A stretch of 64,000 bases of DNA from a virus, in the IMG/VR virus record IMGVR_UViG_3300022699_000217, positions 20,697 to 84,696 of that record. One strand, 5' to 3'. Numbering within the stretch: position 1 is the first letter of the stretch; each line of letters starts with the position of its first letter. A program made the position numbers and the translations under genes. Shown here one piece after another: positions 27,647-37,608 of this stretch. Under the pieces are notes generated by a model that saw nothing but the letters and a program-made list of their open reading frames with translations, was not told the origin of the DNA and made no database searches.

Positions 27647-29104
27647 ATGCCACTATACGATGTGAGCGACTACGAAAAAAATCAGTGGCGCTATCAGCGC
27701 CGCACGAGCGACGCCCACGCCCACGTCGTCAACGCGGGTGAGCGTCGGTACAAGGGGTTCGACCGCTTCAGCGAGGAGGTGTTCCACAAGTTCATCTCGC
27801 CGACGCCGAGGCCGGTCGAGCACCCCGATCCCGGGCAAGAGATCTTCCAGCGATTGCACAGTGCGATGGACGCCGTCCCCGAGGTACAAGACCTCCGGGA
27901 GCGGTGCATCCATGACGAGGACACCTCCGCGCAGGCAACAAACGCTATTATCCAGGAGCTGCTCAGCAAGACGGACGCCCCAAGCGAGCAGGTCCCGAGC
28001 AGCGAGGATGACCTGGAGGCGCTCCGTGCGATGGAAAGCTTCCTGCGGCGGCGCGAGGAAGCCAACGCCCCGCAGGAGACCATCGATAAGATCCGCGAGG
28101 AGATCGAGCGTCTTTCGATGCAAGCGGCGGAGCACGCCCATCGCGCCAAGCACATCGCCGAAGACATGGACGACACCAATATCCGAGCGGCCATTCGTGC
28201 CGGCGCGAAAGCCGCCAACGAAGCCATCGATGCCGAGGCGAATGCATTCGACGCGTTCCCAGGCGATTTGTCGCACAGTGGCAAGAAGCTGCGGCGGGCG
28301 GCCTCGGCTAGCATCGCCGATGTTTTGAAAAACAACGCCCGCCTCGCGGAGATCATCAAACGCGCCGGTCGGTTGCGTCGCATCGCCCTCGACGAACAGC
28401 GCAAAAAGCCCCGTCGGGGCGTCGACGAATACTGCGGCATTGAGCGTGGAGCAGATCTTGAGCGGCTCGTGCCATCTGAATGGGTAACAGCAGACGACCC
28501 CGACTTGGATGTGTTGTTCTACCGCAGCATGAACGAGCGCTCGTTGGCGCAGTTCGAGATCACCGCACGGCAGAAGGAGCAGCAAGGACCTATCGTGTTC
28601 CTGCTCGATAGCTCCGGTTCCATGCGGTACAACCAAGCGGATGCGTGGGCGGCAGCGGTGTGCATGGCGTTCATGCAGGTCGCTATCCTGCAGAAGCGCT
28701 CGTTTGCCATCGTTCACTTTGGCAGCGGGGTTCTTCGAACGGACGTGTTCCCCAAAGGCGAGGCGGTTGATCATGCGAAGATCGCAGACGCGGTTTCGTT
28801 CTTCGCCTCCGATGGCGGAACCAACTTCATGGACACCATCGACGAAGCGTCCAAGATAATAGAGCAAGAAGGCTTCAAAAAAGCAGACATCGTGATGTGT
28901 ACAGACGGGCAAGCATACATCTCCGATGAGTGGCTTGGGCGGTTCCTGGAACAGAAGAAGGAGCGTGACTTTTCGATGTATAGCATCCTGGTCGGGCCGG
29001 AGGTGTCCTCGTCTGTAAACGAACGCTTCTCGGATGAGACCGTCCACCTCAGGGAGATGCTCGACGGCGATGAGGCCATGCATTCCTTCTTCCGGAAGGT
29101 CTGA
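27647..29104 (+). CDS. VWA-domain protein (ViaA-like MoxR partner)
   Basis: MIDAS motif LLDSSGSM, DGGTNF, ADIVMCTDG; GIERGADLERLVPSE pre-VWA motif. Confidence 0.92.
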   Translation: MPLYDVSDYEKNQWRYQRRTSDAHAHVVNAGERRYKGFDRFSEEVFHKFISPTPRPVEHPDPGQEIFQRLHSAMDAVPEVQDLRERCIHDEDTSAQATNAIIQELLSKTDAPSEQVPSSEDDLEALRAMESFLRRREEANAPQETIDKIREEIERLSMQAAEHAHRAKHIAEDMDDTNIRAAIRAGAKAANEAIDAEANAFDAFPGDLSHSGKKLRRAASASIADVLKNNARLAEIIKRAGRLRRIALDEQRKKPRRGVDEYCGIERGADLERLVPSEWVTADDPDLDVLFYRSMNERSLAQFEITARQKEQQGPIVFLLDSSGSMRYNQADAWAAAVCMAFMQVAILQKRSFAIVHFGSGVLRTDVFPKGEAVDHAKIADAVSFFASDGGTNFMDTIDEASKIIEQEGFKKADIVMCTDGQAYISDEWLGRFLEQKKERDFSMYSILVGPEVSSSVNERFSDETVHLREMLDGDEAMHSFFRKV

Positions 29105-29114
29105 ATTGACAATC

Positions 29115-29145
29115 CCTTGGCGGCTAGGCTCACGGTCGCCAAGGG
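29115..29145 (+). terminator. hairpin after the VWA gene
   Basis: CCCTTGGCGGC...GTCGCCAAGGG 11-bp stem followed by CTTGCCTTTT. Confidence 0.5.
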
Positions 29146-29206
29146 CTTGCCTTTTAGCGCTAAGCGCACTAAACAAAGGATAGTGACTGTTCATGAGGAG
29201 AACCCA

Positions 29207-29485
29207 ATGGGCACAGCAACAAACAAGCGCCGCGCCAACGCGCGGATAAACCACCTTTACGCGAACATCGATGTGATTCTCGCAAAAAAGGGTTGGCGGA
29301 TGATCGATCTTGCTCGAGAGATGGGCGTATCAGCCCCGACACTCCGTGGGATTCTCGTCCGTGGGCGGCCTCGTAACGGCACGCTCCTGCGCCTGGCGAA
29401 AGCGCTGGGCGTCGACATCGAAGATCTCGTGATGGCGTCATCCCCCGAGGAGTACGGCGCCGCCATGATCCCCCGTATCCACTAA
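29207..29485 (+). CDS. XRE-family helix-turn-helix regulator (Cro/CI-like)
   Basis: LAKKGWRMIDLAREMGVSAPTLRGIL...TLLRLAKALGVDIEDL. Confidence 0.88.
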   Translation: MGTATNKRRANARINHLYANIDVILAKKGWRMIDLAREMGVSAPTLRGILVRGRPRNGTLLRLAKALGVDIEDLVMASSPEEYGAAMIPRIH

Positions 29486-29601
29486 GCTCCAACGCCTCGA
29501 CCGCGCAATGGAGCCGGGCAGGTTGGCTTTTCTCCTTGGCCTGGGTTGCCTGCCCGTTTCCTTTGTGCGGTCGAGAGATCCAAAAACAAAGAGGTGACCA
29601 A

Positions 29602-30807
29602 ATGAGCGAACTGCAATGGCACGCCTGGCGCAAGCCAGGCATCGGCGCTAGCGAAGCGCCCGTCGTTTATCTGGGGCGCGTGTTCAACTCCACGCGGATG
29701 TCGCTGTACATCAAGAAGGTTTCGACCGAGCCCCCGCAAGTCAACACGGACGACAACCCCAACTTCCGGCGCGGCCACATGTATGAGCCGCTTGCCGCGA
29801 CGCGATTTACCGAGAAGACCGGCATCCAAGCGCACTACCCCGCAGACGACGCGGAACGATATGGGCCGCGTTATTGCTTGGAGGATCCCGACCACCCGCA
29901 TCGTCATGCTTCGCTGGATGCCATCTGCGACGACGGATGGATCCTCGAGGTAAAATCGCCCAAGCAAATCACGTGCGACAAAATCAGATCGGAAGGGCTG
30001 AAGGACTACTATCAAGTCCAAGCCGCGTATCAAGCGGCCATCGCGCAGAAGGTCGGCACGTTCGCTTGGGGTCCTGGGGAATGCAAGGGCGTCCGACTCT
30101 GCATCTGGGAGCCAGAAAACGCCGACACCATGGTCATCGAGCTCCCTTACGACGAGGAGCTGAGTCAACTCGTAGTCGAGTCGGTCGATGACTTTTGGAA
30201 TGAGCATGTTTCCAAGAACGAGCCGCCGATTGATGATCCGGCTCCTCCGTTTGTGAAGAGCAAGGGCGGCAAGTACCAGCATTGTTCCGACCCTGCGTTT
30301 ATCGAGGCGTCCCAAAAGTTTGTCGTCTCCAAGGATGCCTTCGAGGCGGCCAAGATGCGGCTCGATATGGCCAAGGGGCAGCTCGTGGAGATGATGGATC
30401 AAGCCAACATGGATCGCATCCAGCTCCCGAGCGGCATCAAGTTCTTACGGAGCGAGCAGGAAGGGCGCAAGTCGCTGGATCTGGAGTTCCTCCTACACGA
30501 GCACCCGAACATCGACATCGAGCGATACCAAAAGAAAGGACACCCGTTCAAAACGTTCCGCGTCTACGGCGTCAACAAAGTGGAGCGCGACGGCGATGAC
30601 ATGGAGCTATCCGGGCTCTCCATCGAGCTAGCCCAGTTTGTCAAGGAGCAGCACGACCCAGAGCTTCTTTTCGAGGCGTTCGATGACCTGCGGAGCCGCA
30701 CCGAGATCTACACCCGCACGCTCGTGAACGAAGCGGAGGCCCTGGAGCAGCAACTCAAGCACGCCGCCAAGGTGTGCAAGGAAAAAGTCTTTGGAGGTTC
30801 ATTGTGA
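29602..30807 (+). CDS. YqaJ-like viral recombinase exonuclease (lambda-exo family)
   Basis: WHAWRKPGIGASEA; GHMYEPLA; HASLDAI...ILEVKSP; YYQVQ. Confidence 0.88.
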   Translation: MSELQWHAWRKPGIGASEAPVVYLGRVFNSTRMSLYIKKVSTEPPQVNTDDNPNFRRGHMYEPLAATRFTEKTGIQAHYPADDAERYGPRYCLEDPDHPHRHASLDAICDDGWILEVKSPKQITCDKIRSEGLKDYYQVQAAYQAAIAQKVGTFAWGPGECKGVRLCIWEPENADTMVIELPYDEELSQLVVESVDDFWNEHVSKNEPPIDDPAPPFVKSKGGKYQHCSDPAFIEASQKFVVSKDAFEAAKMRLDMAKGQLVEMMDQANMDRIQLPSGIKFLRSEQEGRKSLDLEFLLHEHPNIDIERYQKKGHPFKTFRVYGVNKVERDGDDMELSGLSIELAQFVKEQHDPELLFEAFDDLRSRTEIYTRTLVNEAEALEQQLKHAAKVCKEKVFGGSL

Positions 30808-31490
30808 AAAAGAGCGAACAGATCAACGAGCTGTCAGCAGCGCTTTCCGCCTTCCAGGGCGAGATCAAGGACGCGGTCAAATCCAACGAAGGGTATGGCT
30901 ACAACTATGCCAACCTCTCGGACATCTTGATCATCGCCAGGCCGCTTCTTGCCAAGAATGGCCTTGCGCTTATCCAGCTCGCCGCCAACGCCCCCGAGAT
31001 CGAGGGGCATAACGGAACCAAGATTCAGCAGGTTGCCGTGGAGACCATCCTGACCCACAAGAGCGGGCAATGGATCTCCGAGGTCTACGCGATGCCCATT
31101 GAGCGCAAGATTAGCAACAAGGGCAAGGAGACTCTTTCGCTTGCTCAGTGTGTCGGCGTGACCATCACGTACTGTCGGCGCTACGCCGCAAGCGCCATCC
31201 TCGGGATGACGCAGACGGACAACGACGCCAGCGTGGTCGACTTCGTCACCGGCGCGGAGCTAAAGAAGCTCAAGGACATGGTTTCTAAAACCAACTCCGA
31301 CATCGCCCTGGTGTGCCGGCACTGCGGCATCGATGAGATCGAGGACATCTCCCATGAGAATTTCGTCCGCGTCATGGACATGCTGTCGCGCAAGGCGTCC
31401 GTCAAAACCGATGCGCAATCTGCGACCGAAACCAAAACGGAATCACTCAAGGAGCTGGGACGCAAGGCGAAGGAATCCAAACAGGAATAG
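30804..31490 (+). CDS. ERF-family single-strand annealing protein
   Basis: INELSAALSAFQGEI..A.K...YGYNYANLSDIL..ARPLLAKNGL...TILTHKSGQWI...GVTITYCRRYA.SAILG. Confidence 0.9.
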   Translation: MKKSEQINELSAALSAFQGEIKDAVKSNEGYGYNYANLSDILIIARPLLAKNGLALIQLAANAPEIEGHNGTKIQQVAVETILTHKSGQWISEVYAMPIERKISNKGKETLSLAQCVGVTITYCRRYAASAILGMTQTDNDASVVDFVTGAELKKLKDMVSKTNSDIALVCRHCGIDEIEDISHENFVRVMDMLSRKASVKTDAQSATETKTESLKELGRKAKESKQE

Positions 31491-31497
31491 GTGAGAC

Positions 31498-32949
31498 ATG
31501 AAGCGCAGGTTTGCCAAGGTCGAACGGTTTGTCTGGGATGACGCCCGTTTCCGAGCGCTGTCACTGGATGCCCGGCTGATGTGGCTGTACCTTCTGACGA
31601 CGCCGAACGCCTCCTACTGCCCTGGTCTTGTCATCGCATCGGAGATTGCCATTGGGGAGCACCTCGGGTGGATTGATCCAGATGACATAGACTCCATTGC
31701 GACAGGCGTCGGGCGCGTTCGGGAAGCCCTCGGTATGCTTGCGAAGCCATCCGGAGACAGCGACAGCGGGTGGATCGGGTACGACCGAGCCGCTCGTGTT
31801 ATATTTATACGAAAAGCAGTCCGCCACGACCCGCCTAAAACAGTGAAGCAGGTTAAAAACTGGATCACAAAGTATCGGGAGGTTCCGTCTTGTGCGCTCA
31901 AGGCGGAGTGGCTTCATGCGGCACGAGACGTCACAGCGAGCCTATACGGGGCAGACGATCCCCGTGCGGCGGCTTTTTGCACGTTAGTTCGATCGGTCAA
32001 CAGGCAAAACGACGATTCAGCGGAGCCGTCTGAGCGGGCATACAAGCTAATCGAGGATGGCCCAAGGGCTGTCAAAACAGTCGAACCGACTACAAAAAAG
32101 GAGACGAATTCCATCACGGCTCCATCATGGGGAATCACGGGTCCATCACCAGTCACTCAAATTCCATCACCAGGAATCACGGCTCCATCAGAAAAAATTC
32201 ACGGAGCACTCAAAAAAACTCACGAATCACTCATTCCAGCGCAACCTGTCGGAATTACGGAGGAAATAAATTCAGATAACATCCAAACATGCGATAGGAC
32301 GAAATGCAAAAATCCCAAAACGTCTGCGGTTGCTTCTTTTGATAGCATGAGCAGGGAGCAATTAGAATGCTTACAGCATTCTGAAGAGGGGGGCACATTG
32401 CCCGGCACCCAGCCCAACGATGACGATCAATGTATTAGTGGGGCAAGCGGCGCCGAGCGCCGCACACCCCACCCGTCTCGTGAGTCGTCTTCGTCATCGA
32501 AGAAGAAAAGGGCAGCAAGGAAGCCGCGCAAGTTCGAGGTGGAAGGCAAGCCCGAGCAACCACCGGAGGGCTTCAACGCTCGACAGCGGACGGTCTGGGA
32601 GGCCCTACGCACCGCGACGTTCTACGTCCCAGGGCAGGGGCTCATGACAGCGTGGCAGGCGGTCAGTGACCCGGTCCTCTTAGCAGCTCAGCTCGGCGGC
32701 GATGCCTATCCAGCGGTCGACGTGGGGTTGGTGCATCGGCTGGGCAACTGGACGACCCAGCACAAGCAGCGGGCGAAGCGAGAGGTGGGGCGGTTCCTGC
32801 TTAATCGCTTCTCCACCTCCCAGGAGCGCGGCAACGGGCCTCAGGGCCGCGCAAACACCCAAACCCAGGGTGCACCAAGGGCTGGGAATCAACCCGACCT
32901 AGAGGAGCGCCTAGCTCGGTTAAACAGCGAACGAAAGGGGATGCAATGA
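31498..32949 (+). CDS. phage replication initiator / replisome organiser
   Basis: N-terminal VWDDARFRALSLDARLMWLYLLT HTH-like region, low-complexity middle with DNA repeats, directly before DnaB. Confidence 0.7.
   Translation: MKRRFAKVERFVWDDARFRALSLDARLMWLYLLTTPNASYCPGLVIASEIAIGEHLGWIDPDDIDSIATGVGRVREALGMLAKPSGDSDSGWIGYDRAARVIFIRKAVRHDPPKTVKQVKNWITKYREVPSCALKAEWLHAARDVTASLYGADDPRAAAFCTLVRSVNRQNDDSAEPSERAYKLIEDGPRAVKTVEPTTKKETNSITAPSWGITGPSPVTQIPSPGITAPSEKIHGALKKTHESLIPAQPVGITEEINSDNIQTCDRTKCKNPKTSAVASFDSMSREQLECLQHSEEGGTLPGTQPNDDDQCISGASGAERRTPHPSRESSSSSKKKRAARKPRKFEVEGKPEQPPEGFNARQRTVWEALRTATFYVPGQGLMTAWQAVSDPVLLAAQLGGDAYPAVDVGLVHRLGNWTTQHKQRAKREVGRFLLNRFSTSQERGNGPQGRANTQTQGAPRAGNQPDLEERLARLNSERKGMQ
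32107..32222 (+). repeat. iteron-like repeats inside the initiator gene (putative origin)
   Basis: ATCACGG(C/G)TCCATCA at 32113, 32134 and 32176; AATTCCATCAC at 32107 and 32160; A-tracts follow. Confidence 0.7.
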
Positions 32950-32950
32950 G

Positions 32951-34363
32951 ATGAATAAAGTACCGCCACATGATGCGCAAGCTGAACGCGCTTTGCTCGG
33001 ATCGACACTGATGGATAACAAGGTGCTTCTTCGCGTGGGGGGCATCGTTCAGCCGGAGGATTTCTACTACGAGCAGCATCGGCGCGTTTTTGCCGCGATG
33101 AAAGCGCTTTCATCCGCGAGGGAGCCTATCGACCCGGTCACGTTGGGAACGCGACTTCTCGAGAGCGGCGATCTTGAAAAGGTCGGCGGCGCGATGGCCA
33201 TCAACGATCTTCTGGATGGGACGGCGACAGCGGTAAACGCGGAGCACTATGCACGGAAGATCGCAGAGAAGGCGGTCGTTCGGCGGCTCCTGTACGCGGC
33301 ATCCGAGGTCGTCGCAACCGCGTACAATGGATACGAGGATTTCAACGCCTTCGTCGCCGCAGCGCGGGAATCCATAGTCAAGGCGGCGGTGGCAACGCAA
33401 GACACGGCGAACGCCCCGCGCAAAATCGACGAGGACCTGAAGGAAGCCTGGCGCAACATAACTGAGGGACGCGAGATGGAGGGCGTCATCAAGACAGGCA
33501 TCGATACCGTGGACAGGACAACCGGAGGATTGTTTCCGGGCCTGCTCACGGTGCTTGCCGGGCGGCCATCGATGGGGAAAAGCTGCGTCGGGCTGAACAT
33601 CGCCATCAACGTGGCGAAGCAGGGGAAAAAGGTGCTCCTCCTCACGATGGAGGACACGCGATACTTCGTGGTTCTGCGGCTGCTCGCGCGGTTTGCGGAC
33701 ATCGATCTTCAGCGCCTAACGCTCAGCATGGCTGGTCGCGAGGACTACCCGTCCATCCTAAATGCCATCACCAAGCTGACGGACTTGCCGTTCTGGGTGG
33801 ATGATACGTCCGGATTGACCGTTGACCAGATCCGATCTAGGGTAGCAGCACACCGCGAGGAACACGGGCTTGACCTGCTCGTGGTGGACCACTTGCTGGA
33901 GATCGATGCCGACGCCGAGAACGAGACGCTTAAGGTCTCCAAGGCGGCGGCGGGCTCCAGGGATATAGCGAAGGAGCTGTACATCCCCGTCCTGCTATTA
34001 CATCAGCTCAACCGTGGCGTTGAGCAGCGCTCGGACAAGCGCCCGATGCTGTCCGATCTGAAGCAGACCGGCAAGGTCGAGGAGGTCGCGCGGCAGGTCT
34101 GGTTTCTTTTCCGCCCATCGTACTACGACGGCGATGGTGATGAGAGTCGCCGGGATATTCAGTTGATCATCGCAAAGTCGAACCACGGTCGCACGGGGGT
34201 CGCGAAGCTATGGGGTGACTTGTCGCGGATGTACGTTCGTGGATGGTCTCGCGATGTTGACGGTGCATTCCCGGAAATCGATGCCATGGATGACCCAGCG
34301 GAAAGTAGTGGGAGCGCTAAACCGTGGACGCCGGTGTCCGCGTCACACCTAGCCGATTATTAG
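32951..34363 (+). CDS. dnaB: DnaB-like replicative helicase
   Basis: PPHDAQAERALLGS; LAGRPSMGKS; LLVVDHL; LHQLNRGVEQRSDKRPMLSDLKQTGKVEE; IIAKSNHG.TG. Confidence 0.93.
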   Translation: MNKVPPHDAQAERALLGSTLMDNKVLLRVGGIVQPEDFYYEQHRRVFAAMKALSSAREPIDPVTLGTRLLESGDLEKVGGAMAINDLLDGTATAVNAEHYARKIAEKAVVRRLLYAASEVVATAYNGYEDFNAFVAAARESIVKAAVATQDTANAPRKIDEDLKEAWRNITEGREMEGVIKTGIDTVDRTTGGLFPGLLTVLAGRPSMGKSCVGLNIAINVAKQGKKVLLLTMEDTRYFVVLRLLARFADIDLQRLTLSMAGREDYPSILNAITKLTDLPFWVDDTSGLTVDQIRSRVAAHREEHGLDLLVVDHLLEIDADAENETLKVSKAAAGSRDIAKELYIPVLLLHQLNRGVEQRSDKRPMLSDLKQTGKVEEVARQVWFLFRPSYYDGDGDESRRDIQLIIAKSNHGRTGVAKLWGDLSRMYVRGWSRDVDGAFPEIDAMDDPAESSGSAKPWTPVSASHLADY

Positions 34364-34372
34364 GAGGAACAG

Positions 34373-35593
34373 ATGGAGGATCGCCCAAAGGGGAAGCCCA
34401 CCGAAAACACGACCCTGATTGTGTGCCAATGTGGCGGCGTCGCATTCGCGGAGGAGAAGCGCACCAAGACGGCTGTCGTGTTTCGGTGCATCAAATGCAA
34501 CGAGCGGACGTCGGTGCAGGGGCGCGCAGCCGTTGCGCGCGTACCGCTGGACGAGGTCACGTTCGCTATCCAACACATCCTGTCGCCAGAGTACCGCACG
34601 GACGGGGAGCCGAAGCGGCCCAAGCTCGAGGTGAAGCAGGAGTGGCTGGACTTGTTTCGAGAGGACACGGAAAACATCGACATCGACGAGCGGAACAACC
34701 TGAACGAAGAGCAAAAGGAGCTGCTTGACAACCTCTCGACCAAGGAGGTCGAAGATTTGAAGCTGGCGCTCAACAAGCGGGAGCCCATGCGGTTCGGCTT
34801 TTTGCCGCAAGACAAGTACCTGATCAATCGCTGGCTGAACGGGCTCCGCATCATGCACCACGGCGAGTCGGGCTTTGCCGAGCAAACCTGGCAGAGCAAG
34901 GCGCTCGCGCTCGCCGCCGCGGATGGCTTGGCGGGGTTCCCGCCGCAGGTCCTTGCCGTCCTCGATGCCGTCGACGAAGCCGTGGATCGATTGAGCGAGG
35001 AGGCAAAGGAGAAGGGCAAGAAGTGGAGTAAGCGCAAGGAGACGCGCATCCGTAACGACACCCGCGACGCCTTGTGCCAGCGCTATAACCTGGGCGTCTA
35101 TGCCGATCAGACGAACCTTTTTGAGCCGAAGCCGGACCCGGTTGTCGAGCAGGCGAAAGCCGTCGAAGCGAAGCAGGCGGATGCACGGGCAGCCGAGCAA
35201 AAGAAAGTCGGCATCATCGACGACGGTTATCTCCATCGAGCGCTTATGGACGTCCGAGAATCGTTCGGGCTCCAGGGTGCCATGCTCGTCGGTGGGGCTG
35301 CTGAGTTCGCCATGCTCCAGAAAGCCGCAGATGACAAGGGCGGGTATCTCTTGCGAGTCGAGGGGGACTCGAGGACGACGACCAAGAAAGGCGCTCCTGT
35401 TTACGAGTACGTTTGGCTCGAGGAGGACGACGAGGACGACCCGATTGATTTCGTGCTACCGTACCTGGAGCAGATTGACGACGTGCTCCCAGATGCCCAG
35501 ATCCGAGTCGTGGAGTTGCTGCCGTCGGACTACGATGAAATGGAACCGTGGGATAAGCCCACAATCGCAGATGAAAGGGAGATTTTGAAATGA
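34373..35593 (+). CDS. hypothetical protein with N-terminal zinc ribbon
   Basis: CQCG...CIKC; SD AGGAGG; no family recognised. Confidence 0.75.
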   Translation: MEDRPKGKPTENTTLIVCQCGGVAFAEEKRTKTAVVFRCIKCNERTSVQGRAAVARVPLDEVTFAIQHILSPEYRTDGEPKRPKLEVKQEWLDLFREDTENIDIDERNNLNEEQKELLDNLSTKEVEDLKLALNKREPMRFGFLPQDKYLINRWLNGLRIMHHGESGFAEQTWQSKALALAAADGLAGFPPQVLAVLDAVDEAVDRLSEEAKEKGKKWSKRKETRIRNDTRDALCQRYNLGVYADQTNLFEPKPDPVVEQAKAVEAKQADARAAEQKKVGIIDDGYLHRALMDVRESFGLQGAMLVGGAAEFAMLQKAADDKGGYLLRVEGDSRTTTKKGAPVYEYVWLEEDDEDDPIDFVLPYLEQIDDVLPDAQIRVVELLPSDYDEMEPWDKPTIADEREILK

Positions 35594-35901
35594 CAGAGCA
35601 AAAAAACAACCAAACACCGAAGGCCCAAGACAACCCGTTCTACGCCATGGCGATGGAGGAGTGCGATTCGGAGATCTCGATCATCCGGCACATGTTCGCC
35701 AAGGCGGCCAAGGCGGAAGACACCGAAGCAGCCTGCAAAGCCGCCGAGACCATCGCGCGCATCAAGCAGTCAGCGATGATGAATGCGACAAGGATGAACG
35801 TGCTCATCGCCGAGGCGAACATGCGTGCCCGGCAGATGCCGCAGCCGCAAGCCATGCAAGACCCGGCCGCCAAGCTGTCCGCCGTTAAGGATGAGACATG
35901 A
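35590..35901 (+). CDS. hypothetical protein
   Basis: ATGA overlaps at both ends. Confidence 0.65.
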   Translation: MTEQKNNQTPKAQDNPFYAMAMEECDSEISIIRHMFAKAAKAEDTEAACKAAETIARIKQSAMMNATRMNVLIAEANMRARQMPQPQAMQDPAAKLSAVKDET

Positions 35902-36776
35902 GTCGCCCGGATGTGTTCCTGGAGCATTTCCCGCTCGCGGACGGCGAGGGGTTGTCAACGAGCTTCGCGCTGGATGCGTGCACGTTCGACATCGGGGTTC
36001 CGGTCATCAAATGGTGCGACGCTGGCGGGTTCGATGGGTATGCCCGGAACGTCTCGGTGGAGACGGCGTTGAACCGCAAAACAGGGCGCACCCAGCGCAA
36101 GCGCATTTCCGGCAAGCGATACGGGATGCGGACCAAGGGCAGCCGGTCGATCTCGCAGATCATGATCCATCACACCGGGGGCGACGGGAACGGCGCGGGG
36201 AACGTGTTCAACACGCTCCACAACCAGCGTGGCCTATCGGTGCATTTCGTCATCGATGACGACGGGACCATCTGGCAGTTTTTGGATTGCGCGGAGAAGG
36301 CGTGGCACGCAGGCGGCCACAACAATATCTCCGTTGGCATCGAGTGCAACCTGTATCCGCTTGCGGAAGAGCGCCCCGACTATTACTCGGAAGCCCGGCG
36401 CGAGCGGTTCGGGAATTTGCCGCACGAAATCGTTGAGGACGAGATCCACGGGCGCAAGATGAGGGTCTTTCAAATGCCGGAGCCGCAGCGAGAGGCGCTC
36501 GCCAAGTTATGCGCGGGCATCTGGGTCGCGCTGGGCGCGATTGCGTGCGACGAGGAGAACAAAGACCGCGGCGAAGCGTTGGGGATAGAGCCCCTGTTCC
36601 CGCGGATCCGACGAGCGATCCCGCGCACCGAAATCGCTCGTCCGAAAAAGCACATCGGGATGATCGGGCATCTGCAGGCAACGAAGCGCAAGATCGACCC
36701 AGCGGGCTTTCCGTGGGAAGATTTTGAGCGGAGGGTCGCGATGCACTTCAGCGATTACACCGCATTATGGAGGTGA
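35898..36776 (+). CDS. endolysin, N-acetylmuramoyl-L-alanine amidase (Amidase_2)
   Basis: IMIHHTGG...SVHFVIDDDGTIWQ...AWHAG..N.ISVGIE; C-terminal IGHLQ...KIDPAG. Confidence 0.9.
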   Translation: MSRPDVFLEHFPLADGEGLSTSFALDACTFDIGVPVIKWCDAGGFDGYARNVSVETALNRKTGRTQRKRISGKRYGMRTKGSRSISQIMIHHTGGDGNGAGNVFNTLHNQRGLSVHFVIDDDGTIWQFLDCAEKAWHAGGHNNISVGIECNLYPLAEERPDYYSEARRERFGNLPHEIVEDEIHGRKMRVFQMPEPQREALAKLCAGIWVALGAIACDEENKDRGEALGIEPLFPRIRRAIPRTEIARPKKHIGMIGHLQATKRKIDPAGFPWEDFERRVAMHFSDYTALWR

Positions 36777-36778
36777 GT

Positions 36779-37405
36779 ATGTTTCGTTTGTTTCTTGTGT
36801 TGATGGTGCTCCTGTGCAGCGGCGTGTCTGCCGCGGAACCGCCCGCCGAATCCAGGCAGCAGGAAGTCGCCCCGCCGATTGCACCTTCGGAGTGGAACAC
36901 GGGGACGAAGGTCCTGCTCGCGCGTTCGTGCATCGGCGAAGCCGGCTTCCGCGCGCAAGAGGAATGCGTCGCCATCGCCTATGTTTACGCGGCACGTGCG
37001 ATGCAGACGGGGGCGAGCTTTCGCACGGTTATGCGGCAGTACAGCTCGGCCATCAAGAAGCACGAGCAGCATCGGCGTCCGTGGCTCTTTGAGATCACCG
37101 CAGCGGGCACGCGCCCGACAAGCTGGCCGCGACACCTAAGCTGGCCGAGGCACCGCGAGGCCCTCTTTGCCTTGATGGCGGTCTTGGATCGGTGGGCTGC
37201 TGGAGAGATCCCAAATCCTGTGCCCGGCGCCAACCACTATGGATCAACCCAAGACCTTCATCGCTCGGACTACTTTACCGAGGCCATGTTGGTGCCCGCG
37301 CCAGCACATTTCCGGAATCGGTTCTTCGATGACACGGGTGTGCGAAAGCAAATCGGGATGAGCCTGGTTCGGTGGAGGAAGAAATGCGGCCAACAGAAAC
37401 GATAG
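36779..37405 (+). CDS. secreted SleB/Hydrolase_2-like cell-wall hydrolase
   Basis: Signal peptide MFRLFLVLMVLLCSGVSA; LLARSCIGEA..EECVAIAYV; NPVPGANHY. Confidence 0.6.
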   Translation: MFRLFLVLMVLLCSGVSAAEPPAESRQQEVAPPIAPSEWNTGTKVLLARSCIGEAGFRAQEECVAIAYVYAARAMQTGASFRTVMRQYSSAIKKHEQHRRPWLFEITAAGTRPTSWPRHLSWPRHREALFALMAVLDRWAAGEIPNPVPGANHYGSTQDLHRSDYFTEAMLVPAPAHFRNRFFDDTGVRKQIGMSLVRWRKKCGQQKR

Positions 37406-37608
37406 AAGGACACAACTCAATCGATGACACGATTCGAAAGCTGATTGCAGTTGCGAGGCCGGAGGGGGATGTATTTAGGCGGCTGGAACGGTACGAGTAC
37501 ATGATTTCGCAAAACATATTCATCGGCGAAGCAGCAATGCGGTTCATTGCGGATCTAGTGGACAAATACAACGCGGCAATCGTCGCATCAAAACAGGAGC
37601 AAAAATGA
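37384..37608 (+). CDS. hypothetical protein
   Basis: ATG at 37384 after GGAGGA. Confidence 0.6.
   Translation: MRPTETIEGHNSIDDTIRKLIAVARPEGDVFRRLERYEYMISQNIFIGEAAMRFIADLVDKYNAAIVASKQEQK

Noticed and set aside
27653-29254. 533-aa minus-strand ORF (and similar long antisense ORFs at 1391-2668, 12541-13992, 16932-18038, 19462-20541)
   Set aside because: Shadows of well-supported + strand genes in GC-rich DNA; no motifs or SD.
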